Origin: Nitrospinota bacterium
GTDB lineage: Bacteria; UBA8248
Direction of reading: 5' to 3'
Length of the DNA: 19,088 bases
Assembly: GCA_046581755.1 (NCBI GenBank)
Contig: JAYGFR010000117.1
Span: forward strand, 1 to 19,088
Translations under genes and position numbers: made by a program
Shown here: piece by piece, positions 16,205 through 19,088 of the stretch
Layout: every line of letters starts with the position of its first letter
How positions within the stretch are numbered: the first letter of the stretch is position 1
Notes under the pieces: generated by a model
Databases searched by the model: none
Told to the model about the DNA's origin: nothing
The model's input: the letters and a program-made list of their open reading frames with translations, nothing else

Positions 16205-16591
16205 ATGCCTGTATATCCGGATTTCGGCCACAAGGGAGAGGGAGGCATCTCCTACACCACCGCTTCGGCGGAGTGGCGGCACGGCCAAAACATGAGCATC
16301 GGCTACCTGAAAATGGAGCCCGGAACCTCCTCCACCCCCCACAGCCACGCCGACGAGCAGTTTATCTATATCCTCAAGGGCACCGTGCGCCTGGCCATCG
16401 ACGGCGGAATTCACGATGCCTCCGCCGGAGATCTGGTGCATTTCCCACCCGGCGCGGTCCACGAGATCGAGGTGGCCGGGGATGAAACCGCGGAATTTCT
16501 CTTGAGCCGGGGCCCGTCCCGGCAAAACCCCAACGAGGATGTCATCGTCCCCGATGGCGCGGCTGCCCGAAGCGTCCTTGGGAATAAATAA
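16205..16591 (+). CDS. Cupin-domain protein
   Basis: STPHSHADEQFIYILKG and GDLVHFPPGAVH motifs; AAGGAG RBS. Confidence 0.9.
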   Translation: MPVYPDFGHKGEGGISYTTASAEWRHGQNMSIGYLKMEPGTSSTPHSHADEQFIYILKGTVRLAIDGGIHDASAGDLVHFPPGAVHEIEVAGDETAEFLLSRGPSRQNPNEDVIVPDGAAARSVLGNK

Positions 16592-16630
16592 AAAAAGAGG
16601 GCCGATCCGCGTGGAACCGCCCCCTTTTTT
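16590..16630 (-). terminator. Probable rho-independent terminator between convergent cupin and OsmC genes
   Basis: Imperfect GC hairpin (pairs better on the minus strand) flanked by A and T tracts. Confidence 0.55.
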
Positions 16631-16647
16631 CGCTCGCCGGGAAGGCG

Positions 16648-17118
16648 CTATTCGTTCACGTGCCAGTTGTCGGTCATCGCGCAGCCGCTCGCCTTGAAAA
16701 GGTTGTAGACCGGGCAGCGCTTGAAATAATCCGCCTTGAGGGCCTCGATTTGATCGGGGGCCGCGGCGATTTTCAGCCAAACATCCGTCACCGCCTCGCT
16801 CGGGTTGGATTGATAACCCTCCTGACCCGCGATCCCGCGCGGGCTGTAAACGATGGTGGATTTCACCTTGAGCGATTCGACCTCGAGCTTGGCGTCCTTG
16901 GCGCACCGCTCGAGGATGACCGCCGTGCATCCGGCGAGCGATGTCACCAGATAGCCTGTCGGCGAGGGGCCCTCGTCCGAGCCGCCCAGGCGCTTGGGCT
17001 CGTCCACGATCATGGTATGCCCGCCCTTGACGGTTACCACGCTCTTGGCGTGGCCCTTGAAATCCGCCTCCGCCCAGTTCTCCGTCGTCTCCGGAAGCTC
17101 CTTGGCTTTGATGGCCAT
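16648..17118 (-). CDS. OsmC/Ohr-family protein
   Basis: VDEPKRLGGSDEGPSP...SLAGCTA and RCPVYN (two Cys); AGGAG RBS before ATG 17118. Confidence 0.9.
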   Translation of the reverse strand: MAIKAKELPETTENWAEADFKGHAKSVVTVKGGHTMIVDEPKRLGGSDEGPSPTGYLVTSLAGCTAVILERCAKDAKLEVESLKVKSTIVYSPRGIAGQEGYQSNPSEAVTDVWLKIAAAPDQIEALKADYFKRCPVYNLFKASGCAMTDNWHVNE

Positions 17119-17210
17119 GTTTCGTCTCCTTTGATGTTCATCCTGGAACAAAGTGAATCTTCCGCACATTCCCCGCGAGGAACGATCATTCACCTCCCAA
17201 ATTACCGCCC

Positions 17211-19088
17211 CTACCCGGCGGCTCCGCCCGGCTCGTAGTTGAGGTTGGGGGCGAGCCAGCGCTCGGCCTCATCGAGGGAGATGCCCTTGCGGCGGGCGTA
17301 GTCTTTGGCCTGATCGCGCCCGATGCGCCCGACGGCGAAGTAGCGGCTCTCGGGGTGGGCGAAGTAGAGGCCCGAAACCGATGCAGCGGGCATCATCGCG
17401 AAGCTCTCGGTGAGAGTGATGCCGGTGTTTTTCTCGGCGTCCAGGAGGGCGAAAAGGGTGCGCTTCTCGGTGTGATCCGGGCAGGCGGGATAGCCCGGCG
17501 CGGGGCGAATTCCCCGGAAACGCTCTTTGATCAAATCCTCTTCGGAAATTTTTTCGCCCATTGCATAGCCCCAGTGAACCTTCCGGACGCGCTCGTGGAG
17601 GCATTCGGCGAAAGCCTCGGCCAGCCGGTCGGCCAGCGCCTTGACCATGATGCTCTGGTAGTCGTCGTTGTCGCGCTCGAACTCCTCGGAGAGCCCGGCC
17701 GCGCCGATCCCGGCCGTCACCGCGAAGGCGCCGATGTAATCCCTCGCGCCGCCGGACGCGGGAGCGATGTAGTCGGCCAGGGAGAGGTTCGGGTTGCCGG
17801 CCCGCTTTTCGGCCTGCTGGCGGAGCATGTGGAACCGGGCCAGGATCTCGGAGCGGGTCTCGTCCGCGTAAACCTCGATGTCGTCCGCGCCGGCCCTCCC
17901 CGCCGGAAACAGGCTGATCACCCCGTTCGCGGTGATGATTTTCTCCCGGATGATTTTATCGAGAAGAATGTTCGCGTCCTCGAACAGGGATTTGGCCTCT
18001 TTTCCCGCCGTGGGCGAGTTCAGGATGTCCGGATATTTCCCCTTGAGCTCCCATGCGTGGAAAAATGGCGACCAGTCGATATAGCGCCGGAGAATTTCGA
18101 GCGGAAAATCCTTGAACGCGGTGACGCCCGGATCGCGCGGCGGGGAGGGCTCGTGGCGGCTCCAGTCGGCCTGAAAGGCGTTCGCCCGCGCCGCCTCGAT
18201 GGGCAGATAGTCCGCCGCCCGGGACCGATCCTCGAAATCGGCGCGGATTTTTTCATACTCGGCGTTCACCTCGGAGAGAAATTCCGCCTTTCGCTCCCCG
18301 TTCACCAGGGAGGCGACGACGGGGACGCTCTTGGAGGCGTCGGTGACGTGAACGGTTCCGGCGCTGTATTGGGGCGCAATTTTGACGGCGGTGTGCTTTC
18401 GCGATGTGGTGGCGCCGCCGATGAGCAGGGGAACCTTGAAGCCGCGCCGCTCCATCTCCCGGGCCACGCGGGCCATCTCGTCGAGCGAGGGGGTGATCAA
18501 CCCGCTCAGGCCGATGACGTCCGCCTCCTCTTCGATGGCGGTGTCGAGAATTTTCTGGGCCGGCACCATGACGCCAAGATCGATGACCTCGAAATTGTTG
18601 CAGCCCAGAACGACTCCGACGATGTTTTTGCCGATGTCATGCACGTCTCCCTTGACCGTCGCCATCACCACCTTGGGCGGTTTGTGGACGGTTTTGGACC
18701 GGGCTTTTTCTTCTTCCAGGAAGGGAACGAGGTAGCCGACCGATTTCTTCATGACGCGGGCGCTCTTCACCACCTGGGGCAGGAACATCTTGCCCGAACC
18801 GAAGAGGTCACCGACGATTTTCATGCCGTCCATCAGAGGGCCTTCGATCACCAGAAGAGGACGCGAGAGTTTCTCCAGCGCTTCGGCGGTGTCCTCGTCA
18901 ATATAGTCGACGACCCCCTTCACCAGCGCGTACGAGAGGCGCTCCTCGACACTTCTCTCGCGCCACCTGAGGTCTTCCTTGCGCTCCGTCCCCTTGCCCT
19001 GGACGGTCTCGGCGAGAGTTACAAGCCTCTCGGTCGCGTCGGAGCGGCGGTTCAGGATGACATCCTCGACGTGCTCGAGAAGGTCCTT
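17211..19088 (-). CDS. metH: Cobalamin-dependent methionine synthase, C-terminal part (cap, B12-binding and activation domains); 5' end outside the window
   Basis: [46 protein letters not shown] and [12 protein letters not shown] motifs; frame open to the right edge. Confidence 0.97.
   Translation of the reverse strand, partial: KDLLEHVEDVILNRRSDATERLVTLAETVQGKGTERKEDLRWRERSVEERLSYALVKGVVDYIDEDTAEALEKLSRPLLVIEGPLMDGMKIVGDLFGSGKMFLPQVVKSARVMKKSVGYLVPFLEEEKARSKTVHKPPKVVMATVKGDVHDIGKNIVGVVLGCNNFEVIDLGVMVPAQKILDTAIEEEADVIGLSGLITPSLDEMARVAREMERRGFKVPLLIGGATTSRKHTAVKIAPQYSAGTVHVTDASKSVPVVASLVNGERKAEFLSEVNAEYEKIRADFEDRSRAADYLPIEAARANAFQADWSRHEPSPPRDPGVTAFKDFPLEILRRYIDWSPFFHAWELKGKYPDILNSPTAGKEAKSLFEDANILLDKIIREKIITANGVISLFPAGRAGADDIEVYADETRSEILARFHMLRQQAEKRAGNPNLSLADYIAPASGGARDYIGAFAVTAGIGAAGLSEEFERDNDDYQSIMVKALADRLAEAFAECLHERVRKVHWGYAMGEKISEEDLIKERFRGIRPAPGYPACPDHTEKRTLFALLDAEKNTGITLTESFAMMPAASVSGLYFAHPESRYFAVGRIGRDQAKDYARRKGISLDEAERWLAPNLNYEPGGAAG

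Noticed and set aside
16648..17118. OsmC as a further selenoprotein
   Set aside because: Both catalytic positions are ordinary Cys codons and there is no in-frame TGA.

Overview
GC-rich bacterial chromosomal window with about 22 protein genes. I recognised no rRNA, tRNA, CRISPR array or mobile element. Two genes that the ORF track splits or truncates appear to be selenoproteins, each with an in-frame TGA at the catalytic position and a SECIS-like hairpin just downstream. (1) A small UGSC-family protein (8122-8652, minus) has U-G-S-C-T-L-C, resembling the GrdB UxxCxxC motif. (2) An O6-methylguanine-DNA methyltransferase (5920-6444, minus) has PUHRV instead of PCHRV. It lies behind a ribbon-helix-helix-like ORF and a promoter overlapped by a palindrome. 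Beyond a divergently transcribed orphan xanthine-dehydrogenase-family Mo subunit is a tandem array of four diverged ~340-aa paralogues (WSDGLPVVxPT...GCFGPGFRANATIGR), a family I recall occurring with UGSC proteins. Their N- and C-terminal halves look mosaic. Together these suggest an uncharacterised modular Sec-dependent redox system. Neighbours include a thiol dioxygenase, enoyl-CoA hydratase, CBS protein, cupin, OsmC and the 3' part of metH. Two single-base homopolymer frameshifts and one in-frame TAG show that the sequence may contain errors, so all recoding and fusion calls need read-level checks.
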